DNA of 63,058 nt, the filler included, from Hausera hauseri (lineage: Eukaryota): NCBI GenBank assembly GCA_046269625.1. It is 10 parts of 10 records of this genome, joined end to end, with 100 filler letters (N's around TTAATTAATTAA, not from the genome) between each part and the next. Parts side by side here need not be neighbours in the genome. Positions count along the whole stretch, not along the records: positions 27,473 to 32,656 come from JBJURY010314163.1; positions 32,757 to 36,752 come from JBJURY010831636.1; positions 36,853 to 40,815 come from JBJURY010854411.1; positions 40,916 to 45,118 come from JBJURY010703549.1; 6 more parts are not named here. One strand, 5' to 3'. Position numbers and translations under genes: made by a program. A model generated the notes under the pieces. It searched no databases. It saw nothing but the letters and a program-made list of their open reading frames with translations, and had not been told where the DNA came from. Shown in pieces: positions 30,490 to 42,009 of the stretch. Position 1 is the stretch's first letter. Every line of letters begins with the position of its first letter.

Positions 30490-31440
30490 GGCGACGTCCA
30501 AAATGTAACGTCAAATGTGTCGTTGACCTAAAAAATTTAATGAGTTCCAATAATTCATCAAGCATATACATGAAAATACTATGCGCAATATTGTGAGATA
30601 ATCATAAGTACATGGGTCTGAGCATATTAACGCGAACAGTTTCATCCGATGTTTTGTACGTGTCATAATCCAATTCAATAGAAGCCAGTAGTTGTTTACG
30701 TTCTCCACCAACGAGTACGGATTCGGTTGAGTCCGTTAAAATGTTGATTCTATGAAATGCTCCATAGAACTGCGGTTTGTATTTGGCAACAATGGATCGA
30801 CCAATAATGTTTTGATAGAATTCGCGTTTTGAAAAACCCAGATTCCCAGCCAATAATTCATCAAAGGCAAAATATGTAACATTGTCATGTAGTATAATCA
30901 AAATATGACCATCTGTGTTTATTTCACACTGTCTTTACGGCTAATGTAGCCGTTTTCTTAACGTACTTACACAATTCTAGTTCCATTTCCATTAATAAAT
31001 CGTGTGGTATAATGTATGAGCGGAAGACGGATTCTGACTTAGTCCACTTTACTATATTATCGGATTCCGCATTGGATGAAAAATCCGACTTTTCACCAGT
31101 TATAACACATCGACCTAGCCGTATATGTTTTGATTGTACATTGGCTGATTGAATACCCCATGCCTAAGCATCAGATATCGGTTATTGTGTCTGATTGTCC
31201 GCAAACGACTTGAAATAGGGTACGATTTTTGTCGGGCAAAGTAAATACCACTGTTCTGACGAATTGTCATTGGTGAAACTGTAAATGTGAATTCCGTCAG
31301 AGCCACTTTCCAGGCTCCCTGGCATAAATCGACCAGTTGGTCCAAGTGCATGGTAAACTGTTTAGCGGTACTGTCATTGTCGTCATGTTGTGATAATTAT
31401 TTGTTGCTATCAAGTACCAAGTAAATGCCGCGGTGATGCA
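30490..31440 (-). pseudogene. Polinton minor capsid (penton) protein A
   Basis: YLVLDSN..QFTMHLDQLVDL.QGAWKVALTEF; INILTDSTESVLVGG..QLLASI; RPMYL. Confidence 0.75.
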
Positions 31441-32500
31441 AAAATCCAACTCAATGCAATGTATCCGTGCCACTTGACGAGATATTGTTTATTCAAACCT
31501 TTGCCACGTGAACGTATAATTTCCTGAATACGATAAACATCGGGTTTCTGGGCAGTACCTGCAGTTTCGGTTCGTAGAATTTACCGCGTATTTCCTCACC
31601 GTTTTCATCCTCTAAAACGTACATGAAAGGTGTTTGTTTTGTGTTGATTGACGAAATGGAAAAAACCTTGTCGCTCCAGTTCTTATTGAAATTCTTAATG
31701 AATGGCGCCGTACTTATTTTTGAAATAAGTACCTAAGCAACTATTTTATATTTTCAGCGTTTAATTGTCTGTTGTTGTAGTCGTTGTCTTGTTCGATTTT
31801 GATAAAGTCACATGTCCAAGTCATCTATTGCGTCAACCGGCCGTAATCCATTGATGCCACGATGTGTCAAATGATTGCATGCATAAATAGTATCCGACAG
31901 TACATTTACCCAGCGTTTGTTGCCTTGCTTCGTAGAGAATTTGGTTAGGCGACCGCGCAATAGTCGAATAAATCGTTCAACAATTGCAGACTTGTATTGG
32001 GAAAACATAGAGTAGTGGTTTACGCCGAACGGTTTCAAGACCGTTGAAACGTGGGCGTTGTAGAGTTCCTTACCTGAATCCGTTTGTACATGTTTCTGTG
32101 GTGGTTGTTGTTGTTGTTCAATTAATCTGTAAACAGTATAGGCAATCTCTTTACCGAATTTAGATTTCACGCCAAATGCATGCGCAAAATGACTAAACAC
32201 ATCAACGCATATCAGCACGTGCCGATACCCATAGTTGATGCTGGCGTACGGATTCATTTCCACTAGATCCACTTGCCATACGTTATTTACACCTGCAGCA
32301 CAATATGCATGAGTTGCAAACTGCCTTCTTATCGGTTTGTTTAGGCTGTATGCTAACTGTTTCCCGAACCAACGTTTGGTCTGTTGCCGAGTCTGTTTGA
32401 CAGCCTTTGCCAATTTGTCGACGCCAGTATACCCGACGGGATGACGCGGGTCGAACCACACGTTCCCCATCGTTGCCGTCGGTAATGTCGTTTTTGTCAG
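31440..32500 (-). pseudogene. Polinton retroviral-type integrase with chromodomain
   Basis: WFDPRHPVGYTG, WQVDLVEM, QTDSGKE, SAIVERFIR; C-terminal KYLVKWHGY. Confidence 0.9.
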
Positions 32501-32756
32501 CATTACAACAATTAGAATAAAACGTAAATAAAAGATTTGGTAAACTGGGGTAAAAGATGAAAACCATGCACCCATATCGCCGAATCATCATACACTTACT
32601 GTCACTGTTTATACTACGCTGTTGCAGAACTAATGAGTCCACCCAGTAATGACGTGNNNNNNNNNNNNNNNNNNNNNNNNNNNNNNNNNNNNNNNNNNNN
32701 TTAATTAATTAANNNNNNNNNNNNNNNNNNNNNNNNNNNNNNNNNNNNNNNNNNNN

Positions 32757-33574
32757 GTGCTGCAGAGATAGTTGGTGCTGCATGTGAGTGCAGCACTTCA
32801 TATGCCTTGTCTGCCATTTCGGCTAGCTTGTCAAGAGCCGTGGAATCCTCAACCACTATTAACAAGGTTCTTATTTAAAGGGGCAATGCATTTAAGAAAT
32901 AGCGACGAAGAAGCTCGGGACTGTGTTCAAAGGTTACGCCAAGGGTGTTGAGGTGAGACAAGGATGTGCTTAGGAACTCAAAAGGCTTCTGAAGGCCCAT
33001 GGCGTTGTCGTTAAAGAAACTTTGAATTATTGAATCGATTGAAGGCTCAGTAAGCTTGAAAACGGCATTATAGAGTTGTGTATATGGGTCAGCGTGCTGA
33101 AGGATATTAATTATATTGGTGATTTTAGTTTTAATGGAAGCTGGTAAGTGAAAAAAGAGGCTGTTGGCTTTGGCTAGAGTTGACAACGTTCTGCGATTGG
33201 AGCCAAAATTGGTGCAGTTTTAACCACGTTTGAGTAGAGTTTTGGCTATCGAGAAAGTATTCGGTGCAGGGTGAATGAGTGAGGAGGGCATGTTGTGTAG
33301 GGATGTTGGAAGCGCTGTGTTTGGATAAGTGAATGATGGGGATTTGTGGTTTTGTGAGTTTGTCCGTGGTGTTAATTGTGCGTGACGAATTCATTCTACC
33401 ACGGATACGAAAATGAATGTGGAGACAGATGTGGGTTGAGGAAGATTGTAGATTTTCATCAAGGGGTACTAGAGATCCGTTGTGTGTAAGGTAGAAATCA
33501 GAGGAGTAGAATAAGGTAAAAATGAAAGTGTGAATGGTCGCAGTGTGTAAATATAATGCTGTGTGTATGGACAT
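32757..33574 (-). pseudogene. gag: CsRn1-like Gypsy gag fragment with ubiquitin-like leader
   Basis: Homologous to the gag at 51518-52575 (WL..HQ.WL, LP.S.K, PY..L..AV, GxQKP..FL, RYFL); leader SDFYLTHNG..LHIHFRIRGR. Confidence 0.65.
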
Positions 33575-33862
33575 GTTTATTATTTAAGAAAAAGAAGATA
33601 GAGAAGGGCGAGGTTGTGTGCCTGGGGGCGTGTTAAGGGGCTAAAGAGACAGGCGCCGTCTGACTCACTGGCGCAGGGTGGGCGGCCGGGACCTCGGCCT
33701 AGCAGCGGCTGGTTCCAAATTTCGGGATAACCGACCTCCCCACTTGTATTGTTTTTCCTTCGGTTACTGTGGCATTTATCCTCAAAAGTGGCACATATTC
33801 CTTTATATTAGTAATGGTAAGAAACATTACATTTTTATTAATCCATCCAATATTTAGCACGA

Positions 33863-35255
33863 TTAAATCTGTACATCGTCTTCCGTCTGACTTGAAATCA
33901 AATCGCGATTTTTTGGTGCAACGAAAGATCCCTCTTGATCAGTGTCATTCAATTCATCAATTTGTGTTTCTCGAAGTAAGGTGGGGATGTGAAAAACTAT
34001 ATTATTCAAATGTAGTGCTAAAATTGGTTTTGCTTCATCGCTCTTTTCGGACAAAATATCAGATAAGGAATTAGCCGCCATGACCTTTACTGGCAATTCC
34101 GGATCGTTGGAAATCGTATGGACAATGTTGTGAATCATATTTTCGAACACGACCTGGTTTTGAAATTCGGCACCAGACAACTGACCGACTAACCAACAAG
34201 CACGAGCTCGACGGAAACCTTCTGGCACCTTAAAGATCGGTACGACATAGTGGGTTGAAAACTGTTCCATTTGAATCAAGAAATTCTTTCGTTTCAATGA
34301 AATTTGTGCCAAATCACAAATATTATGAAAGGCGGTATCTTTTTGGCCCAGTTGTGCCAAGTGAATTAAGAACATCGGTAATGAAAGACATTATAACTTC
34401 AATAGCACCCTGTCGTTTTTGACAGACTTCCGTTAACAAAGTTGCAGCAGAAAAACTGGTAGTTGGATCCGAAAGGATGTCGAAAAATCGACGACAAAAC
34501 CAATTACTAAATTCCTTGAATTTCTTAGTAACCGATTGCGGATTGGAATATTTATCGGTGAAGCGAGACTATTTGAATGGACCATTTCTTGCATTGCCTT
34601 CAGATCAAATTCGGTCGTTCGTCCGCGTCAAAATTGTTTATTTCAATCGGAATGGGTCTTGACTTTGTGACAGAGAATGTCAATCCAATATGAAAATGTT
34701 TCTTTTGAAATTGTATCAAGACACAAATGTAAATATGTGTATGCATAGTAAATTTTAATTACATGCTTTTGGAATGTTACACTAACTTCCGATTGATCAC
34801 CAAGCAGCAATTCGATGTTCCATCACCGTTTCTAAAAATGGAAACGTGTGTGGGTTTGAAGGTGTGCGTTCGGTGACCTTTTCATATTCGTAGCATTTCA
34901 TCAATTTCAACAGGCACAAATATCCACCTATCATATAAATTTGATTTTCTAATAAAAGGTACCTCATTCTATAATTTGGGAGCTTCTCCCATCGACCTGG
35001 AAAGTAATTACAAATCATCACTTGTAAACATTCTAAAAATGAGTTGCGAATCTTGTTTGGTGTGTTGACAACATATTCAATAATTCTAGATCGAATGTAC
35101 GATTTATCATCTTCATGGATGGAATAATCAGTTGGATCTTCATGAACGGTCCAATATTCTTGAATGTTATTTTTTAGCGTAACATCAGCTGACTGACGTA
35201 CACCGTCTTCAAGTTCATGTGATACAGCAATGTTGTAAAGATTAGGACAAAAGCC
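33863..35255 (-). pseudogene. IPO7: Importin-7/8 fragment (intronless, disrupted)
   Basis: [30 protein letters not shown] (IBN_N domain); QMEQF..VVPIF..RARACW..ELPVKVMAA. Confidence 0.85.
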
Positions 35256-35625
35256 AATAATTTTCTTCACTCCAGTTGGATCTTTCGTAACTTCGGGGAA
35301 AGTATCCCTCAATAACTCAACGACTGTATCGACTAAAGTGAAAGTCAATCCGGGTTTAGCATTCAATTTGTCCCAAGGGTGTCGCACACCACGTGGTAGT
35401 ATTCGTCGAAGAACATATCCTCGACTAGTATTGCTGGGAAGTCCGTTATTACTCAACGCAGCTGTCAGAGTACGGGCATGGTCAGCCAACACGCGATATG
35501 CCATATCAATGCCGTCGATATTATCGGCACCAACTTTACCTGTGTATGGTCGGTATCCTGTTACTTCTTCAATTTTCTTGAATAACGCAGTAAACACGTC
35601 GGTATCGTAATTCGACATGTAGAAT
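35256..35625 (-). pseudogene. AARS: Alanyl-tRNA synthetase fragment
   Basis: [46 protein letters not shown]-like. Confidence 0.9.
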
Positions 35626-35629
35626 GGTA

Positions 35630-35870
35630 AATTCATTGCGGGACTCGGGAAAAAACTTTCCCGTCCTTTGACGAGCAAATTCAGATTGACAATAAATCCG
35701 ACATCAACACGTTTGTCATGAACTAAATCTACACGTTTGATTGAGTCGAGTGCGAATTCCTGTCGCTAACAAATCGGGCAGAGAACGGCTTTGTATACGT
35801 TGTTTCAGTAAATTCGCTAAACAACAGAGACAGAAAATGTGACCACAATTGTCCGTCCGAGGGATAAATG
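35630..35870 (-). pseudogene. RING-finger fragment (RNF10-like)
   Basis: PRTDNCGHIFCLCCL; frameshifted. Confidence 0.5.
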
Positions 35871-35879
35871 GTTTACCCA

Positions 35880-36460
35880 AATGATGAATTGCATGAGCCT
35901 GTATGAACATACGAATTTTATCTTCCGATGGTGGGCGAAATGTTCGATCAAACTTATCCACCGGTATATCATTGACCAAATTATTCATATCGTGAATTTT
36001 CACACTATAAAAATATTTATTCTTTACCGGTACTGATTTCTTTTTGATATTCTCTTTATCACTGCTTGCCGCATCAGAATTGAGTTTATGTGGAGATCTA
36101 TCTTGTTCTTTGTCTTCTGATTCTTTTGATCTGTCAGCCTTCACAACAAATCCAGGTAAAATTATTTCCTTTGAATTTATTAGTTTGATCTTGATGGATC
36201 AAAGTCCAAGCTTTATGTACTAATCCATCCAGGCATTCTTTACTATGATGGAAAAATTGTAAAACAGCTGCTTCAAGGCGTTTCTTAAACGTATTTTTCA
36301 AAGTTTTTGCGCAGCTTTGTTCGGATTTTAAAGCTTCTTTAAATGTGAGATTTATTTGTCCAGTAATTTTGCACGTCCAAATTTTTGACATAAGAAAGAT
36401 TTTCGATTAATTTCATCTTGACTTTCACAATGTTTATTTAATAGAGCCAAATAATATCTG
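35880..36460 (-). pseudogene. BAZ1B: BAZ1/WSTF WAC-domain fragment
   Basis: IWTCKITGQINLTFKEALKSE..VLQFFHHS..LDGLVHKAW; YSVKI..RTFRPPSEDKIRMFI. Confidence 0.75.
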
Positions 36461-36852
36461 CATTCGTCACTTTTTTTTGCTTCATTTGATACATAAAGTT
36501 TGTTTGACAATAATGGCATCGTCTTGAAATATGATCTGATACCAATTATTATTCTGCCTTTTATACCCCGCCAATAAAATGATGGTTAGTAACAAAGAAG
36601 TAAATCGGTAATGGTTAAAAAGTTTGAAAATTCGAAATTTAATTGTCTGAAAATTTCTAAAATCGAAGACACAAATTGAAAATTCAAAAAGTTGATAACT
36701 TTGTTTATTATTTGAACAAATTTTTAAAAAAACAATATTATTCACACGCTGCNNNNNNNNNNNNNNNNNNNNNNNNNNNNNNNNNNNNNNNNNNNNTTAA
36801 TTAATTAANNNNNNNNNNNNNNNNNNNNNNNNNNNNNNNNNNNNNNNNNNNN

Positions 36853-39310
36853 CCTGTTGGAATGTTTTCATTATTAGGACAAATTGATCCTGACTGTAGG
36901 TTAATATGGAACCCTTCGAGTTTTCGTAAAACGTTCATTCCTATAATGCATCGTGGGTCTAAGGTAGTCATTACATCGAGCGTTACTTTAATCCTTTGTC
37001 CACAAATCAAGGGTTCACATTTCCAATATCCATACGGTTTTAAACACTGTTGGAAAGCTGAAGTAGTCCTGCACATTCTTTTGGGGCTATCTTTACTTGA
37101 GATTGAAGTTCGTTAGGTATCGCATGCTTACCTATTAAAGAAACACTAGCGCCTGTGTTTATCATCGCATTTATATCAAACGTATCAAAATGGATAGTAG
37201 TATGCGATCGATTGTCTCTTATTAATTTAAGAAAAGTCAAGACGTCATTATGATCGTCTATGTGCGGTTCCATCAAGGTATACATAGCTGCACAATAATT
37301 TATTACCTATTTTGAGATTGAGTATCTTCCTCTAGTTTCATATTTTTTTGTTTGAACTCGGTGAGGTCTGGATAATAACTAGTGCGCTCTGTTACAATTT
37401 GCTGCACACTACCAGATTTTTTTATTAAGGGTATGTATTTTGATTCTTTTTGATATTCAGAGTTATGGTTGTCAAATAAAGTGTTAACCTTCACTTAATG
37501 GTAAGGTATCGGTTGTGCTATACTCATTCGAGGAGATACCGATAGTGTCACACGGTTCTTCTCCATGTTTTGAGTGATAAGAGAATGTAGTATCTCTTCC
37601 TTTAAGAATTTGATAAATTACGTATCCTTATGTACTCTTCTATAGTTGCGTATGGATCTTTTATCTCTGGTAAGTTTAAGTTGGGTAGTTTCGTAGTCGG
37701 AATAGTTTTACTTTCGTAAGATGCATTTGGTTTACTATTTTTACCTCCTAATTTTGTTTTCGCCATGGTGAATAATTTTCTTTTATTTTTCTTGGGAATT
37801 TCTGATTCGGGATAATATCCTGGTGCATCGTTTCTGTTGGAGCTTGATGACGTATCTTCAACGATTGACTTACCAGTTTTGTAGTCTACATGTTTCTCTA
37901 ATTTGCCTCGCCATTGTTTCTTATGGTGGGCTTTAATAAATTTTCCAAGCGGTAAAAATAATGCACCAATTATTCTTAACGACAACCCCGTTAAACTATA
38001 AATTTCGTAGGCATTCAATACCGAATTAATGCAGACTTTCAAGGTTTGTAAAATAAAGTAAATAGCTAAAAATCCTGAGGCAACTTAGCCAAATTTGAGG
38101 AATCCACCCCACATTTTATACCACAAATTCGAAGCAATTTTTGTATACGCCTCTGGCGTCCATAATTGATCCAATTTACCTTCTACTGCCGTATCATAAA
38201 TCACCCTATGTATTCCTCAATTTACAATTTGTTTTCGTTGTCTTGGATAAGCTAGAAACTTTACGAATGCGTCTGTTTCTTTTTTACTGTATAGGGCTGA
38301 TTTTGACACATCCGTAAACATGTTGGTTTCAATGGTGTGTCTAAGATTGGTCATGGTTAATTTCTTCGGTTTTTCTTTCACTCTTTTTCTATCAGGTAAT
38401 CTGACCCATAAGCCTTGATTATCGTATTTAATGTATGGTTTATTTAGTGCCGTACAGTTTTGAATTTCTGTTGGAATGGTACATGGTGCTAATAATACTC
38501 TAGAAATAGGTTGAACATAACGGATCTGATCCTGGTATTTAATAGGTATTTCGAAATAACAGGGTGTATTTGTAATTAATGGCAATTCCAATCTTTTGCA
38601 TTTATATGTAAACAATACTTCACTTAGGACTCTGCCTTGAACTCCTTCATCAAAAAGAAGAGTGAATGTAATCATTTCTGAGTCGGATGCGTAAATGGCT
38701 AGTCTATTTCTCAATGTATCAAAGTGAACCCTGCAGAAATTCTGAATCGTCTCGGAATACACATCTTCTATAGTTTTGTGTGTTAAGTAAAACAGGAAAT
38801 CATCGCTGTTAGCAATATAATCGGCTATATTAACCAATTGTGCTTTATTAATTGGTGAATTATCTGCTTCTACAATCTCTTTGTCTGATATAAAATAATT
38901 TTCATAATTAGTGCTAAGCACTTGTCGTTCACACTTGGTGGTGAGATTTTGTTGTATAAACTTGACTCCTCCTTTAATATTCTTGGATATTATGATTTTC
39001 GGAGTTTTTACTTCAGGAATTGTTTGGATATTTGAATTCTCGAAGTTTGCTTCGTAATGTCGAGCGTAACGTTTTCCAGTTGTTACATTAAATTTATCCT
39101 AATGTACCACCACTAGTGTACCATCGTAACATTTCGGTGCTGTTTATATTATAGTTGAAGTTCTTGTATTATAATGTCCTATTTCTAATTTGCAGAAAAA
39201 AGCATCCATTATAGTTTTGGTACTTGTTTCAAAAACAAAGGTTTTTTCTTTAATTACGACTTCGTATTGATCATGTACGACAACTTTTGAAATAACTCCT
39301 TTGCCTGTTT
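36853..39310 (-). pseudogene. Decayed relative of the first element: glycoprotein, TM, spacer, protease
   Basis: TPKII..KCERQVLSTNY, EVLFTYKCKRL..CYFEIPI..YVQPISRVL and WGGFLKFG..SGFLAIYFI match the glycoprotein at 1685-3460; INTGASVSLI protease motif at ~37160. Confidence 0.8.
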
Positions 39311-39422
39311 TGACGGGGAAACTCGATTGATAAAATTTAAATTGGATATTAATTATTAACTTTAGTAAAATATTTTGTTTCTTTTTATCAAATAAAACCG
39401 GTAAATTTTTTTATTTAGAATT

Positions 39423-40690
39423 TTGACAACAATGCAATCGAAAGAAATCATCAAGCGGTCAAATGACCAACTCGACGAAGGAGAACTCCATTTTAATATA
39501 CAATGTGACGTTGAAATAAATGATTCTTCACAGACTCCGCGTTTCGTCCCATATATCAACTCTAACATGGCTGACCTACCCCAGCTAGAACAGAGAAACC
39601 TGAAAAAATTTATTAAAAACTTTCAGGAGTGGATAAATTTCACCGAATCAGTAAACAGAATAACGCTATCCAACGAAGAGAAATATTGAATCGTGCACAA
39701 AACTCTGCCATCGGAGTACGGTAGATTGTTTCAAGTAGAGACCAAAGCAGCAAGGAAAACAACAAGTTGGGAAGACAGACTGCGCAAAACCTGCAGCAAA
39801 CCGCTATAGGTCACAGAAGATATGTAAAAACTGCTGAGTTACCGGAAAGGCATAAATGACATAGAAGTATACCTGATGAAAGTACAAGAGCTCGTTGAGA
39901 AACTCTTGCAACACGACATGTTGAAAGAAGAACTGGTGAAAACCTTTCTAGTCCATTGCATGGACGACAGGGAAACCAAGAAAAAATTCAGTACATGTAG
40001 AGCACAATCCGTAGAACAATTCCGAGACGTCATGCGAAAGATCGAAAAATTTCGCGAAGTGGACAACAAAGAAGGACTATATGCAGTAGAGTCGCGACCA
40101 TATAAACAGCGAGGTACAGAAAGGACACATCGAGATGCGAATGTTGGACAGAGTCATGCACCGCTGTCTTACGCAAGTGTGGCCCAACAAAAAGCGCACA
40201 GCGTATATGGTTGGGACAACAAACGAACAACAAGACGACAGCCGGCCGAGAAACGGAAACCACAAATCAGGTCCCCAAACCGACATAATGCTTGCATTGC
40301 CACATAGAAGGGCATACCAGAAGAGAGTGACCAATAGTAAACAAAACAAAGGGCATAGGCAGATGCTGCTACGCATGCCACGAAGAAGACCACATTCAGA
40401 AAAACTACCCATATTTGAAATGCCCGCACTGCAGAAGGAACGGGCACCTAGGATCGCAGTGCTACCAAAGACGCCGTGAACAACGAGAATACACGACGAA
40501 TTCAATCTATCGCGATATGCAATACGATGAATATACCGACTTCGTCAGACCCACAAAAGAGTCGATTGTCGAACGACATCCACGGTCACTTAGTGTTTCG
40601 TCGTACGACTGTACATCCGACAACCAAACAAACCGATCGGGAAACGACCGTGCTCCCCTGCCAAGAAAGTCAGAAGGAGCATGTTAAGTA
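39423..40690 (+). pseudogene. Degenerate gag-like ORF with CCHC knuckles
   Basis: CYACHEEDHIQKN and CPHCRRNGHLGSQC; stops and frameshifts. Confidence 0.6.
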
Positions 40691-40916
40691 ACTCAATTAT
40701 TGAACCTTATCGTAGTGTAGAAAAAAATTGTAGTGTAGTTAAACAAAAAAATAGTAAAAGTAGTATAGTTAACTGTAAATATAGTAAAAATAGTAATAGT
40801 AGTTATAGTAGAGTTNNNNNNNNNNNNNNNNNNNNNNNNNNNNNNNNNNNNNNNNNNNNTTAATTAATTAANNNNNNNNNNNNNNNNNNNNNNNNNNNNN
40901 NNNNNNNNNNNNNNNA

Positions 40917-41216
40917 ATGATAATTCATCGATTGTATGACACAAATTACTTTAATACTGTTGAAAAGGTACGCAGTGAATTAACCAACTTGAAAGAAAAA
41001 ATAATGGACAAAGTACGAGACTGTCACTTGATGTGTATACTATGTAAACAAAGAAAAGTGGATACGGTATTCTTAATGTGCGGCCATCTCGTTATTTATC
41101 AAATGTGTTCCACCAAAGTAATCCACCAATGTCCAGAATGTAAATGTGTTACAATGGAAATTGTACACATTTATTACGAACGAACGGAGACGTGGAGGTC
41201 ATTTGTATCATTCTAA
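40917..41216 (+). CDS. IAP/MDM2-type C3HC4 RING protein C-terminus (one ligand substituted)
   Basis: CILCKQRKVDTVFLMCGHLVIYQMC..CPECK..IVHIY. Confidence 0.75.
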   Translation: MIIHRLYDTNYFNTVEKVRSELTNLKEKIMDKVRDCHLMCILCKQRKVDTVFLMCGHLVIYQMCSTKVIHQCPECKCVTMEIVHIYYERTETWRSFVSF

Positions 41217-41318
41217 TGAAACAATACTCACAAAGTAAATGTCTATTGTTTACAATGAAAACAAACCTTTGATATAAATATGGATGACATTTCATTTCAC
41301 TTTTGCCTTCTTTAAAAA

Positions 41319-41740
41319 ATGTCTTTGGAAAACAATTCAGCAGGTGACAGTCTCTCAAAAAAGCCACGGTACAGAGAATATTCGCTCAGAAATTCCCGGT
41401 TGTATAGTGGATACAACTTACATTATCTGCGCAATGCTATTCAATTGCCATTGACGCAAACGGTGAAAATCAAACCGGTGAAATATGGTCTATTGGTGAA
41501 AAAGATCAGCGTCAATGATCTGGATAAAAAGGAAGACAATTTAAAAAGTTGACAGTGATTTGACGTTGAGTAACGATATCTGAGATACATCGTCAATTTT
41601 TCTCAAAGGAAATATAGCGAAAATTGTAAGTTGACATAGCGGAGAGGTAGCAGCTACCTGACACTGAAGCTTAAAGGATACAAGGAAAGGAGCGGCGTCA
41701 AATCCCGAAATATGCAAAATACGGAAGTTTACTATGATTT
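41319..41740 (+). pseudogene. Polinton-associated unknown ORF, convergent with polB
   Basis: Homologous to 59156-59575 (YS.R...LY.GY.L.YLR..QL.L.Q..K.K.VKY.LL.KKI; YLTLKLKGYKE). Confidence 0.6.
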
Positions 41741-42009
41741 AACTGACTTACTTTGTGTGTTTTTGTGATTTTAGTTTTTCGCCGATTAATAAATAAATGT
41801 ATTTGTGTTACTTATTTTGTTTTCTCGTGCAAGGTTATTGCTTTACTTTTACTTCTATCTTACTTAATAATAATAGGTTAAGTAAGTAAACGAAAACAAA
41901 ACACAAAAGACACTGAACAAAATACGTTATTGAAATACGCAACAACAAACAACGGATAATTGTCAATGATTGTCACGGTAATTGAACTGAACTGAACTGA
42001 TTGTTTTGA

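Larger units (their letters stand above)
27473..32656 (-). mobile_element. Polinton/Maverick fragment: INT, penton A, penton B, core-like protein, MCP, cysteine protease
   Basis: Co-oriented degenerate genes with Polinton motifs. Confidence 0.88.

Noticed and set aside
33700-33760. PBS/LTR end upstream of the CsRn1-like gag
   Set aside because: No convincing tRNA complement or LTR identifiable by eye
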